64,000 nt of DNA, taken from contig OZ059898.1 in NCBI GenBank assembly GCA_964057225.1, forward strand, positions 12,586,001-12,650,000, given 5' to 3'. A model generated the notes under the pieces. The model ran no database searches. It was not told the origin of the DNA and worked only from the letters and a program-made list of their open reading frames with translations. The position numbers and the translations under genes were made by a program. The stretch is from Auanema rhodensis (lineage: Eukaryota > Animalia > Nematoda). Position 1 is the stretch's first letter. The number at the start of each line of letters is the position of its first letter. This document shows positions 14,361 to 30,301 of this stretch, in pieces.

Positions 14361-14404
14361 CATCATCATCGTCCTCATCATCCTCCTCCTCCTTCTCATC
14401 ATCC

Positions 14405-14480
<76 letters not shown>

Positions 14481-14490
14481 AGTCATCGTC
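14361..14490. repeat. (CAT)n/(CCT)n trinucleotide repeat
   Basis: Direct read. It explains the poly-I, poly-M and poly-D ORFs in the track. Confidence 0.95.
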
Positions 14491-15254
14491 ACCATTTTTC
14501 ACGTCCACGTCTCCATAGCTTATGGCCATTGTCAACGTCATCGTTATCGTCAAACTTTTCTTCTCTCTATCCCTTTTGCTTCTGATTCAGCTTTTCCTGG
14601 TTGCCAGCTTTTCTAAATGCATTCGGGCTACTGAAGGATTGCATAATTTCTGAAATCTGCCTTTAATCCGCCGTCCGAGACTTTTCCCGAACTTTTTGAA
14701 TGCTTTTGCTTGCATCTAGCAAGCCTCATAAGTAGTGTTGAAAAGTATTTTGTCGAATTATGCCAATAAGCTTTTTCATGCTCATTGTTTTCTTGATTTA
14801 TAACGCTCTGCTTTTCTCATCAATCATTCGAAAGTTAAATTTTATATAACTACTCTGTATAATCCTTAACATCATCATTGAACTTGTCACCTTTTAATTC
14901 TGAAAATTACCAATATAGCTTAGAATCTTCACAAATTTGTCTAAAAGCATGTACTTTATTCACATCTACTCATTTGAAATGTTATTATTATCCTGGTAAA
15001 TCTCTTAAAGTCTTCTAGTGGAAGAGTATAGAGAGTTTCACTTCGTTGGATTACTCTCACATATACAGCTTACTACTTCGTAATTTTCTTCTTCTTCTTC
15101 TTCTTTTCTTTTTTTTTGGTTCTTTTTTGTTTTCGTTGTTGATTATCCAATGGATTTTACTTAATTTTTGCGTAATATTGCAGTTGTTTCCCGTCGGGGA
15201 CTTTATGTTCTGTGTGGGCGTCCCTCACTGACATGTGTGGACGTCCCCTCGTCT

Positions 15255-18200
15255 ATGCGACTTCGACCGTCGCCTACACAACGTTCTCAGACTGAATCCC
15301 CATCCAAGCACTTTATCTATCGACCACATCCACGCATATTTAAGGTAAAAACAGTATATTATTCTGTATGTATCAATATCTTGTAGGCTTCACTTGTGGT
15401 ATTCGTTTTCTCGCTGCTCGCGTGTGCGGCAGCGAGTGGACTGTCGTCAAGTCAGCAGCCCTGCTCGTTTAGGTCCGAAATACAACAACATGTGGTACGC
15501 TTTTTTCGTTTTTCTTTTTTTTTCAGCTCCTCAACCTAATATTCCAATCTATCCTATTCCATACTGAAGAAGATTTAGCCTTCTTTATATACTGAATACA
15601 GTGCTTCCATACGATAATTCACAATTCATTTCAGTCGAAAAGGCTCAACTCTTCAAAATCATCAACATCGATGGAGCAATGTGTCATCTGGAGTGAGGAC
15701 AGCCCCCGAGAATTATGCTTGGTGGAGCCAAATCAGCGAGTTCGCAAACTCAGATCCACTTTCCTCTTTTCTCAAGTTCAGCCTCTATCTCTATATGAGG
15801 TTAGTGACGAACATCGATTTTCCATTCTCTGGTATTTCCAAAATCTTCAAATTGATATTTGAAATGTTGCCAAATTAGTGTTCTTCCTTTTAGTCGAAGA
15901 AGAAGTGGGGTGGGTGGGTGGTTGGTGGAAGAAAAAATTCAATAAGATTGTAGAAGAAACGAAAAAAAAACAGATATATTGCACACAACCGTTCGTTTTC
16001 GTTAGTAGAATTCAAATGAATGAAAAAAGGCAATTTGATTTTTTCACGTCTTTTCACCTAAAACTTGGCTATTTTTCGGAGAAGAAAAAAAGACCATTTA
16101 TTCGTAAGAAGCAGACATGTAAAGAAGGGGTGGGGGGAACGTTTGAGGGACGGGGTGGGGTGTAGCAGCAGAATTTGGTGAGACAGAATGAAGAGCGGAA
16201 AGTCGAAAGAGTTTTAAGCTCAGGTTTCAAACTTCTATTAAGAAAATGCAAAAGGAGATAACTACAATGTCATCTGAAACCCTGTTTCTGGCAAGCTCCA
16301 GTAGCTTGTCCTTATTTGTAATTATGCTGTCATGGAAGTCAAATTACACAGATATACATATGTGTATAGATTAAAAAATATGCATTATCGTTCATTTTAT
16401 TCATAAATTGTTGAGAACATTGATGTAATTTAATTCTTAGTAATGACTTTGGTATATCATATTAAAGTTTAGGATTGTATTTATTTGGTGGAGAAAAGAG
16501 CTCAAGGTGACTATTTCCAGTGGAAAAGCTTCCTTGCTCCTTATCCTTTAACCACTTTACTAATCTTTTCACACATTTATTTATTAGAAATTACCCAGAA
16601 TGCAAAGTAAAGAGAACATGGGAGAATATGAAAATCAGTAAAATTTCGGAAAAAGATATTGAATGAATTTGAAAATTCAGAGAATTTCCTGAGATTGAAA
16701 CAAAATTCTTTCGTTGTATTATTTCATTTTCATATTAGCATGATGCACAATATTTGGGGATTAAAAAAAGAAAACAACTACCAGAGTATTGTCTATTGTG
16801 ACAATTAAGCTTCAACAAACCCTAATGTACCTTTTTTCAGGTTCTTGCTGCTGGTTCGAGAGACGATCGGATACAGAGTGGCTTGCGTATGGGAGAGGAT
16901 GGACTGGACTGCGTCACCGGACGCGACACAACATGCTTACGATGCTACCAGCGTCTGGCAAATGGCTTACGTCGTCTGGACGAGGCTTATCGATCGTTCG
17001 ATCAGGCTCTTCAACGATTTGACTGTATGCCGGCTGTTGATACTGCCAGTGCCACCAGACCATTCTCACCGAACGGCTCATGTAACACATGTCGAGTAAG
17101 TTCATCTTAGCTTACATATTGTTGTTTGTTTCCCGAAATTCATTCACGTTTCGTAAAATTCTAAATATTCAAATATTTCTAAAATGCCTATAACCAAATG
17201 CCATAAGACACTCAGATGTTTCACCAAAACTTGTCACTTATGTGAGGGAAAAATTGAAGAAAGTAGCAGTAACGCAGTTCGTCTTATCCCTTCCTTATAC
17301 ATGAAAGAAAATAGTGAAGATGCTGCTTTCAGCCTGCCAGATCTGAGTCAGTCTTCAGTTCCACACATCGACCAGAAAAGAATGAGTTGCGTAGGCGAAA
17401 GTAAGAAAGCGAGAGTATGGAGCGGTACAGCAAAAGAGATAACCAGATAAAGGCAGAGAATTGAGAGAAAAGTAGTGTCTGAGCATACAGCAGCATCTAG
17501 TGGCTACTTCTCCATCCAATATACCTAGAAATAAGCTGGTTGAGTGTTGTTTAAGGACTACTCCTCTCACGAAAGCTGAAAAGAAATGAATCAAATGATC
17601 TTATTTGTTAAAAGTATAGAGAACAAAAGGGAATTGAAACATTTTCTTTCTCTTTACAATTCACCAACTAGTATTGTTTGAAGAGTAAACTGAGAAAATG
17701 ACCTGTCTGCATTCCATTTAATAAATTTTCTTGCCAGAATTTTCGAGCAATGAGTCATTGTCACGGAAATTCCCTCTTCCTTTGCTTAGGATCATTTTGT
17801 CTCTAAACTATTTCCGCCTTTCACTTTTCAATTAAAACGAATGAAATTGAAGAATTAACAACGAGTTATGAACTTTCAATCTACTCTTGCACAAACATCA
17901 GGGTCACAATACATAAATGTACATATGTGAACTTATAAAAATAATTCATATAATACTAAATAGGGCGAAGTCTGGGGCTTAGTCTTTCATTTACATATTC
18001 TATGCTATTAGTTTTAGAATTTAGTTTTCTTTTACTTCAACTTTTTGTGTTCCAGTCATGGTATCGACGATGGCTACTTGTTCAAACGATCAACATGTGG
18101 CGATCACCACCATGTGTCAATTGGTGCTACTATGCTCAGCTGGCTTGTCCACATTTGGCCACCTCCAAAGTTGTCGACTACGCCGGTCATCCATCGTTCC

Positions 18201-18891
18201 AATGTCGAGGTAAGACTTTTCTATGAATTTTTAAGTTTATCGGCTTTTTTGACCTGAATGCCATAAATTATGAAAAGCCCTAAAGCTGGGAACAACCGCT
18301 CATCGCATTTACATATCATACAATTTAGTTTTACAAATTCACGAGAAATTTTCACACGGCATCATTTCATTCGAATAATATATATTAAGCTATAGCTAAC
18401 CATAAGTTATTTTTTCTATTTCAGACCTCGAAATTCCTTCTCGAGAGCATTCGGAATCACGTTGTGAATGCGTGCATCCCTGCGATCTCCGAGGAATGGT
18501 ACCCAGCGCGGATGAGGAGGGCGCGGGCGGGCGCCGGTCCGGGCGCCGTTCGGCGAAGGACCACGAATTCGGTCTACACGACTTCTACGCCTCGCAGTCT
18601 CACTGTCGAGCACGCGATCGCGAATGCGGCCGGATAAGAACAACGGCCGATCGAACGACAGCACATGATAGGCGACAGCAGCGGCTCAAGACGTCGGCCA
18701 GCGGCGTAACTTCGTCCGCGGCGTCCAGTACATCGTCCACGTGGTCATCATTGCCAATGTTCAGGTCTGTCGTGTCGTCCGTAGGACGTCACGGGAGTAT
18801 TTGGCCATTTGGCTCTGTTGTCCGGCTGCCAGCTGCCGGTCTTCTTGCTGCCTTTTGTTGTTTTCTTATCAATGCTGTGATATACGTTTGA
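15255..18891 (+). CDS. nlf-1: NALCN/NCA channel auxiliary factor (NLF-1/FAM155/Mid1-like)
   Basis: Exons 15255-15344, 15387-15494, 15635-15799, 16841-17095, 18056-18209 and 18425-18891 are in phase. Hydrophobic N-segment. Cys-rich domain CNTCRSWYRRWLL...PPCVNWCYYAQLACPHL...YAGHPSFQC matches the FAM155/Mid1 pattern. Ser-rich then hydrophobic C-tail. The start codon is uncertain. Confidence 0.85.
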
Positions 18892-20222
18892 TACCGGTCC
18901 ATCCAATTCGTCTCTCTCAAGCACATTTTCATGTTTTTCCATTTGAAGTTTTTTGATTACATCACACTCCTTTCATTTTTTATCTCTTTATTTCTCAAAT
19001 CATCATCTACTTCAAAGACCTTGTTGCTCTACATTCAACTTCATTTTCCAATTAAATTCGAATTTTCTATCCCACTTTTCTCCTCCATTCATGCTCTCAA
19101 GGTACGACACTTTGTCTCTATCGTCTGGCCCCTCTTATTTACGTGACATTGTCACATAACTCGGTTCATCTTCGAGCTTTAAATTTATAGTATTTTTCGA
19201 TATTGAATTTCATCAATCTTCTACAGTTTTTAAGAAAAAAATTCTATTTTAAGGTTGACCTCATTCGTTAATAACTGACAGATTTCCGTTTTTTTTTTGT
19301 CCGTGGTTGTCAAATCCTTTCATATAACAGCTCACTCTTCATGTTGTATTGTATGCATCCGTATCCCACTTCGATTCATATAGCTTGATGTCGCAAAACT
19401 CCATTCTAGGTAACATTCCATATAAGGGGTAAATTTATAAAACATCGTCTACGATTAACTAAAACTTACATCTCGAATGAATCAGCTTTGGCTCAGAAAA
19501 CTTTGACTAGGTCATTATGACTTGTTAAAGCTTACTGGATTCTAGCATCATTCTTTTCCATTTCTGGCTAATTGTATTCCAAACTTCTATTTGTGCCTGG
19601 ATTTTCGAAACTAATGCTTCATTCATATAGGATTTTGCAAATTTTACGTGAACACTCAGACAGATTGTTAGCAATTAGAAGTTGAAGAAACTAGGAGCGT
19701 AATCAGGCCCCTTCTCACTCTCTTCCCCTCCTAGTGGTATAGCTCAAACACGGTGTAGCTAACAGGCATCCCATCGAATCCCTTCACAACCCTCACCACC
19801 ATTCTTGGATACTACAAAGGGCTTTCCTTTGCAAAATCAAGCCTTTACTCAATCTTCACCGTTCCGGAAATCCAACCTCTGATCCGTTATCGTTCAACGT
19901 AGACCCCAAAATTGTTCATCCATTCATACATTGTTACCTTGTATCTTTGACATCATACATTTCTTTCTTTGCCAAATCATATTCTCATTATCGTATAATT
20001 GTGAATATATGGATTTTATCTTTATAAGTGTTCAATTTTTTCAAACAAACAGACGAACGCACAGTTACACGCACAGTTACACGCAACACCGGAAATATTA
20101 AAAATACAAAAAAATTTGTGAAGCTCACAATACATTAAGAATGGAGACCTAAGTGTTGATATACCCTATTAGAAAAAATGTTTATGGTTTGGTCTTAGGT
20201 TTTAATCAAAGAGATTGAGAAC

Positions 20223-22400
<2,178 letters not shown>

Positions 22401-22663
22401 ATGCCTGAAGCATATAATCATGTTGATCAGGCTTTAACTAGAAGAGCAAAAATACTAAAAATCAAGTAAAACTGGTTTTTCAACCGGAAATAAAAGTACA
22501 CACAAAATAAAATAAATCATTTATAGTATATCACAGCGAACAAGTTGCGAAAAAAAATAAATTATAAAACTCACACCCCAATGAGTAAGAAAAGCCTCAA
22601 AAGAAGCTATAATAAATACTTATAATAGGAGTTACGCGTTTTTTCAAAAAACAGGCAGTAAAG

Positions 22664-23566
22664 TTAGAAAATAAAGAATCGTCCGATCAAGAGAATGAAA
22701 CCGAATACTCCTAAAGAGACAGCAACTTTGAAGAAAGTCGATCTGAAAATAAATTGTTTTAATTACCTAGGAAATATGAGAAAAATGTACCTTCTATTCA
22801 AAGCTTTAGCATCCTCTCTATACTTTTTACTTAAACCAGATAAGTCAGAAGCACGAGATTCGAGAACTGAAAAAGATAATTTATAACTTATCTGAAATGC
22901 AACTAACTATTCAGAGCTTCTCCCCTATGTATAACGTCCTCAATGTTGCTAACCATAATCCTTGCTACATCTTGTAATTCGTTGGATACTGCGGACATAG
23001 CATATCTAATAAAAAAAATAAAAAATAAGTTTTATAATATAGATATACCTGCTCCTATCCGCGAATTTCCCTTTGGCTTGTTGAATATATTGATCTATAA
23101 TTAGCTATGTATTACTACAATACTCTATAAACATACCGAATTCTAAGAAATGATACGGCCTAACCACTTGATCGATGCGAAAAGCATTTTGATTTAAAAA
23201 TTCCTGTCCAATATCTTCCAAATAGGCAAAAGCCTGCTTGCGAGGAAAATTTCTGTCACATAAACAAAGACAGCAAATAGATTGTTTGATGACATAGCTC
23301 AAATGATAAAAATAATGTTAATAAGAAAATGAAAATTTCTTACTGAAACATATATGGTCCTGATTCGACAGACTGCATTTGTGGAGCATTTTGTAACTTT
23401 TTGAAAAGCATTTTAGCCTGATTAGAATATTTTACCAAGTTAGTATCTCCCTTAAATATGCTTAATTACTACTTCAGTAAGAAACAAAACTAACTCCCTC
23501 TCCTCCTTCAATAGACGTAGCAAGAATCAAACCATCCCGAACTCTAGCTATAAGAGTTAATTCCAT
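22664..23566 (-). CDS. sec-22: Longin R-SNARE Sec22
   Basis: MELTLIARVRDGLILATS, FPRKQAFAYLEDI, RPYHFLEFD, ELQDVARIMVSNIEDV and a C-terminal TM. Confidence 0.92.
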
Positions 23567-23893
23567 CTAAAATATCATTTAGGTGAATTTCTTGAACTAG
23601 ACATATAAATAAGGTTATACCAAGCGTACAAAAACGATAACAAATTTTATCACCAAGATTTACCGATTTACAAATTTAATTTACAGAGGTTTTAATATGG
23701 TAACAGTAGTTTTAAAAGCAAAAGCTCCAACACGTCGAGTAAGGGAATCGCGCGTTTTACATTCACGACAAATTGCGTACCATAGCACAGGAAATGAAAT
23801 AGCTCAAGTTCGATTCATCACATAGCAAGAAATACAAATACTGTTTCACAGATATAAAATTAAATTTCACAAATAAAAATTTTGGATTAATAC

Positions 23894-25223
23894 TTACAAG
23901 CAACCTTCTTCAATACCGGTTTCGGATATATCCGTAGCTTCTGGAAATAACGATTAGGAAATATTTAAATACCTATGAATCATACCGTTTTCGCTGTCGG
24001 TCTCCACCTCTCTTAATTTTACATGGTTATGAAATTGAAACACAAGATCGGCAAATCTCATTTTGGCGGAGAGCTGTAAAGAGCATTACATAAAAAACGA
24101 TTTCCAAGAAAAAAAAAGTAATAATCACCATTTCTACGTCATTATTCTTTTTGGTATTCTGATCTAGGTCAACATTTACAGGATAATTCTGAAAAAAAAT
24201 GAAAATAGATACAAAACTTTAGAATCATAAAATACTTCGGGTTCAGGATCATTGTTACTCCTGCTCGAACTAGGAATAGCTTCAGTAATCTTCTAAAATA
24301 TCAGTACTTGTAAGTCTTAAAAGTTCAAATTACAGTAGCAGATGCGGATACTGACACAGACAGACGCCTGGTGCACTTAGAAATTTTAGCTACAGGAGAA
24401 CAATTTTCCGTTTTGTTGATCTAAAACAAGGAAAAAATATTGTTATCAAGGATATACAAGAAATACCGATTTTCTCTTCTCAAGTTTTCTCCGGACTGGA
24501 TTAGCATTCCTGTGATAATAAATATACACTAATAAATATAAATAGAATATTTACTTTGTAACTCTTTTTACTAATTTGGGCGCTTTTTTGGAAATAAGTT
24601 CCATTGGTTCCCATTCAGGAGTATCCTCGCCAATATCAGAATCAAATAAATCTAAGAATCTGAATAGTCAGAATGAACAATTTGAATGTAATACCCGAGT
24701 CAGAAGAAGTATCAGATAGAAACATTCTATTGTAATAAGCGAAAGAGTTGTCCCTATATCTATCAGCAAATCCAGAGTCATTATTCCTGAAATAATATGC
24801 ATATATTATATACAAGAGATCCGTTTTTACGTCTTTTTTGACCCCTTTCTCTCCGGAGCTACAGGAGACAGTCCTTCACTATCATCAAACGAACGATCGC
24901 GGAACAAAGATCTCCTAGAGAAGTTAAACTTCATAGGGAAAGAAATTTTAAAAACAGCGCAAGGATTTAAGTCTATATTCTTACCTAATTCGAGATACGT
25001 TCGGAGACTCATCAACAGCTCCCAGCCTAGCTCTGGTTACTACAGTTCCAGTTGGCATATGAACGTAAGTGCCATTATCACGTGGCACGTGAGATAAAAG
25101 ACTAGCATTATCTTGAAGCTAGAAATTGAAATTTCAAGTGGAAATTAGCATAAGGTATTGATCTACCTGTTTTTTATTAAAAATATCAAAAGGAGTACGA
25201 GCTGGAGAACTCATGTCGATCAT
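23894..25223 (-). CDS. Uncharacterised multi-exon, Ser/Pro/acidic, probably disordered protein
   Basis: Regular ~45-nt GT-AG introns between open exons (MSSPARTPFDIFNKKQ...NDSGFADRY...LSAKMRFADLVFQFHNHVKL...IEEGCL*). No family recognised. Confidence 0.65.
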
Positions 25224-25868
25224 AGTACAATTGGTTAAATATTATAATATTCAAAAACAAATAAAAAAAATAAACAAAGATGATAAAGTTGCTCTCTTTG
25301 TAATTACCTAGAAAAGAAAAGTAATATAAATTAATCAAGTTCTTGGAAGGACTCTTTTTTACAACCTTTAAATAAAAACAATTACCGTAAGATAAATTTT
25401 AGAAGTTACCGTAACCGAAGAAGAGATTAAGTAAGAGTAAACAAAAATTTTGAAAACTTAGGCAAAAAATAGAGAAATAAAGATAGTTTTGGAATAAAAA
25501 AGCATTAGAAAACATAGTATAAGATATGTTAGACTATTAAAACAATGCTTAGACAGGATTTGATAATCATATAATGTGCCCAGATCCTATTATCCAAGTG
25601 TAATTTGAGCCTACTATAACTACTACTTATTCATAGTTTATGAACTACTTGTGAACAATGTCATTTGATTATAGAACAATAGAAGAGAGTTTATGGGAAA
25701 GTGGTTAAGAAACTGATGTTAGGTAATATACCCACATTTGATAGCTTACATATGTATATGAACAACCGATTACTGCCCAGAAATGAATAGCAAATTATTT
25801 GAAATTTGAGGTTTGTACGTGAAAACGTGAAAATCAAATATGATCAACCAGTTCATTTTTAAAACAAA

Positions 25869-26470
25869 ATGGAATCTAATGCGGCTGCAAATATCGGATC
25901 TGTTAACAGTAGTAGTACAACCGTTACTGTCCCTAATGAATCGGTTCGTTTATTATAATAGGAAGGCTATAGTGAATTAGATAACTTATAAAATTCCCTC
26001 ATTTTTTACTTTGTTACTTTCTTTTATTTATAATCAGCATTTTTCAACAATACAGTTGTTTATTAGGGAAATTATGAACATGAGTTTTAGAGAGGGCAAC
26101 AACCAGATCAACTCATTTTACGATTGCGATCATCACCACAAAAAAGCCCAAGAGTTTCGTTTGCCAACGATGTTATTGGTATTTGTTCACATAAGTGAAC
26201 AGTTTTTTCTATTATCAAATTATTGAAGATAACGAGCATCTTGGACGATTGAAATCTAACTGTTGTTGTATTTACGTTAGACCTCGAGTATGGGATGATC
26301 CATCCACGTGGGAACAAGATGAACACGAGGTGAATAATTCTTTTTTTCCCCGATATTTTCTCACTCAACTATTCGCAATTTAGACAGATCACTGTCGTGG
26401 TCATACTTTGCCAGACCCTGCGAAACAGCCGAAAAGAGATAATAATGAACATGGTAATAATTGTTGTTGA
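25869..26470 (+). CDS. Protein phosphatase 1 inhibitor-3 (PPP1R11/Ypi1 family)
   Basis: Four exons give [32 protein letters not shown]: an RVxF motif plus the DNE..G...S.CCCIY signature. Confidence 0.88.
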
Positions 26471-27213
26471 ATATAATTGTAACTATTTTATAAAGATTTT
26501 TTTCTTTTTCTTCTAACATATTTACCAGAAATGGTTAGATTATTCTTATATATTATTTAAAGCATGTAGAACAAGCAATATGCTTTCTGTTTATCATATA
26601 ATTTCGCGATAAGACTTAACCAGTCAATCGATTTAAGAAAATTTTCATTCGTCTACTTTTGATCGACAATATCCATATGCGGATGATGTTTCGTTTACTT
26701 TGCTACACATAGATGAACGTCATTTGCCTTTGCTGTCCAACGTCTCCTTCTATTTATAACGTCTGCTATCTCTATAAGAAGAGCCTGCATGTTCTATTGA
26801 TTGATTAAGAGATGTTCCTTTTCTGTTTGATCTTGTATGCCGTCGTACTAAGCCAAGCCATCGTAATGTTTGTTCAACCTCCAAATGCCGTTTGTTAACC
26901 TGAGCCACTTTCTAATGGCTCTGACCACCACATACCCTATTCCTCTTTGATTCTATTTTTGGCTTGGTCTTTATAAGTATGCTTTCCTAGTCTAAGAAAA
27001 GATGGCAATTCATGCAAGTTTCGTGTACTACTCTTATCATATTATTTTGTTTAAAAACCATCATATTAACTGAAGTTTTCAAGTTTGTATTTCAACAACT
27101 TCAACAAATCAAGTTATCTTTTTTTGTGATATTATCGATTAGCGTCTGTATTTTTTCAATTGTGCTCAGCCGTATATCACTCATACTATACCCCACCTAA
27201 TTTTCATTTTCAG

Positions 27214-30200
27214 ATGAAGAAATTACTATTTTCATTTCTATTACTTGTATTTCTAACAGTAGCAAACTGCGATGGTGATAAGGATAGTAAGAGCAAAGGA
27301 CCTATCGTGTCTACTCCATTCGGAGATATAGAGGGATTTGAATACACAACTCATAACAACGTAGATGTTAATGTATTTTTGGGAATTCGTTATGCAGAAG
27401 CACCAGATCATATATTCAGATTTGAGGTAAGTTACATTCCATAACTTAAGGTGTCTGTATCTGTTTAAATCTCATCCATCTCTATATTTCTGTTGTATGT
27501 TCCTTTATTATATACAGTCAAGTGCGATAAAAGTCGGACACTAGAAAATCAAAAAGTTCAAAACTTCTTTACTAAACTACAAAAAAGGAAAATTTATCAA
27601 GTTTTGATAGCTTCTTTTCATGATATAACTTATTAAAATAATTATTTGTAGAAGAGCAAAGTTTTTCTCTTGTCCTCTGAAGGTGTCCGATTTTCATCGC
27701 ACAGTTTGTATAAATTTCGACATATTGCATTGGCTGTCACGAAGAGTTGAAAAAATGGAAATACCTATATTTTTTCTGGTTAAAATAGCATTTTTTTACT
27801 GCTCATTTCACTTCTGTTTTTCTGATTAACAGAAAACGACCGTAGTCTTTTAATTTGACCACCCAGTTAAGTATTTTTTTTGTTTGATACATAGACAACA
27901 ATATGTATAGAACCGGTCGAACACAAATTTTCTGTTGATTAAATATCTTCTCATTATCGAAAAAGACGAAAATAGTCAACTTGTCACTGTTTCAGAAACC
28001 TAGAATTGTCGAGAAATGGAACGGTCTTGTTCATCACGCTAAGAGATATAAGGCAGCTTGCATTCCTTATCATCGTAATACATTACAAGCTGAAAATTAT
28101 TCAGAGGATTGTCTCTTTGTTAACATCATGACTCCAAAAAATATGAATGTTTGTCTTTCTGAAACATAATGTAATATCAACGTAAGCATATTAGGTTGAA
28201 AAGAAGTATCCAGTTATGGTTTTTGTTCATGGTGGTGGCTATCAAGTCGGAGACACAGAAAGTCTTGGATATAAGAATGCTTCTGAAAACTTTGTTTCAA
28301 ATGACATTGTTGTAGTTACCGTTCAATATCGTTTAGGACCTCTTGGTTTGATGAAACAGTATAGGTCTAAGTAACTTATAGCTTCAGGTTTCTTCACAAC
28401 CGGTGACAGTATCAATCCTGGAAATCTTGGATTATGGGATTTGACAATGTCTCTTCAATTCCTTCATCAGGTTTTCCAAAATTATTAAAAATTTTGCTCA
28501 TGGAAGGTTTGCAGGTTCTTCCATCATTCGGTGGAGATATTGATAGAGTTACTCTTGCTGGACATTCTGCTGGATCGTCTGCTGTTTCAGCGCTTATGTA
28601 CTCACCTCACGCAGATCGTGAGTTGAGCTCTGGCACTATTGTATTCAATTTTGTTGCAAATTCCAGACTATTTCCATCAAGCTATTGAATTATCCGGATC
28701 AGTTTTTTGTGAATTTTCAATGAGTGATTCTGTCGTTGAAGGTAAGGAGCACCATTGTTTTCTGTGGAAGTAAAAAAAAGAGTATATAGTTCGAAATTCA
28801 ATATTATTATAAATGACAGTTACAACCGATTCTTCAAGTTTTTACAATTCAAATAAAATTTATTCTCACGTCAATTTTGCGTGGAAAACTCACCCTTTTC
28901 TTATAGTTATAACTTATGCTTTCCCAATTATTTATTATTACTATTTCACATAAATCTGCATTTTAGAAAGCAAAGCTTTGGCTCAGGCTGTTGGTTGCAA
29001 AATGACAGACCCATTACAAATTCGAGAATGTATGAAAGAGCGAACAATGGATGAAATTCTCGATGGTGTTGATAAGATTGTGAGTACCTGAACTATTGTG
29101 AGAGAACAATGATATTTTATAAATTTAGGGAAGCAGTCGTCGTCATGCCAATTTCCTGAAATTCCATCCTCGTTTTGATAATGATTTCTTCCCATTTAAT
29201 TCTGATGACATGGTTCGCAAAGCTCCAAAGAAGAAAACAATTCAGGGAGTTACCAGCTTGGAATCGGGTTTATTCGGTATAAAGTTTTGTTCTACCGACA
29301 AATATAGTAATTGTACTTCTTACAGTCTTTGTACCCGGATTAGAAACGATTGCTGATGTTAATATTGAAAAATCCAGATATCATAATTATACTCGTGATG
29401 AGTTTATGGAATTCATTACAACTGGAGGTATATTGCTCTTTGTTTCAAAAGGTTTATAATTTATTGTACTTAAGTTGTAACTGAAAAAGAATATGGAAGA
29501 AAAATGGGACCATTCCTTCATCTCTTAACTGAATTCTATGTAAACGATTTTGATGAAGATATTGAACGTGATTCTATGTTCTATATCGAGAAGTATACTG
29601 ATGTAAGAATATGTTTTATTTTTTCAAAAGATTGAATTCAAATAATGGAATCAGTTCCTTAATTATTTTGAATTTTACAGCTTCTTAGTGATCTTCAATT
29701 CTTCATTCCTTCTGCTTATGAGATTGATTTGAAGCGATTGAACAAATGGAAAGACAACTATTTTTATGTCTTCGATTACGATAGTGATACTCAATCATTC
29801 GGTAGTCCAGTTAAAGGTAGTGGAATTTATTTTTTATAAATAAAGTCTACATAAATCGTTTTTCAGGAGCATTACATGCAGCTGAGATGCGATTCTTGTT
29901 CCAAAGCTGGGATTTCCATATGATTCCACTTTCAGAAAATGATAAAGTAGTGCAAAGAACCATTCTTGAAAGTTTTACTAATTTCATAAAAACTGGGTAA
30001 GATTATATTAATATTTGGTTTTATGTAACAAAATACTTTAGAAATCCATCAACATCTAAGGTCAATTGGCCCGCTGTCAATGATGAGCATCCGTTCCAAC
30101 ACTTGAGAATCAACGAGAAGCCTTCAATTCAAGAATCATTCCGTGCAGAGGTATACAACCTTGAGTTGATTGAGTCCTAATTATATGTTTAAGGCTATCA

Positions 30201-30301
30201 AACTTTGGCTAGAAACTGTTCCAAAAGTAATAGGAACTGATATACTGAAACGTACCCGATTGCCAGGATCTCATGCTCGTAATAGACATACTGAGCTATA
30301 G
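27214..30301 (+). CDS. Type-B carboxylesterase, ER-luminal (C-terminal HTEL)
   Basis: Signal peptide, FLGIRYA, SEDCLFVNI, VHGGG, QYRLG, GNLGLWD, nucleophile GHSAG, GALHAAE, ends RHTEL*. Confidence 0.93.
27515..27708. mobile_element. Non-autonomous Tc1/mariner-like MITE in carboxylesterase intron 1
   Basis: Left end TA-CAGTCAAGTGCGATAAAAGTCGGACAC. Right end reverse-complemented TA-CAAACTGTGCGATGAAAATCGGACAC. This gives ~27-bp imperfect TIRs with TA flanks and an AT-rich interior. Confidence 0.7.
28821..28884 (+). other. Dispersed YAACCG...RCGY element in 225-nt esterase intron
   Basis: TACAACCG, TTCAAAT at +25, then CACGTCAATTTTGCGTG. Confidence 0.65.

Noticed and set aside
14208-14616. Poly-M, poly-I and poly-D/E ORFs
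   Set aside because: Artefacts of a (CAT)n repeat, with no splice or homology support.
19730-19785. tRNA-like A/B box fragments (TAGCTCA...ATCGAATCC)
   Set aside because: Spacing too short and no cloverleaf; lies in the probable nlf-1 3' region.
20056-20086. 12-bp tandem duplication (similar short ones at ~2098 and ~3338)
   Set aside because: Ordinary slippage duplications; not CRISPR-like, no spacers.
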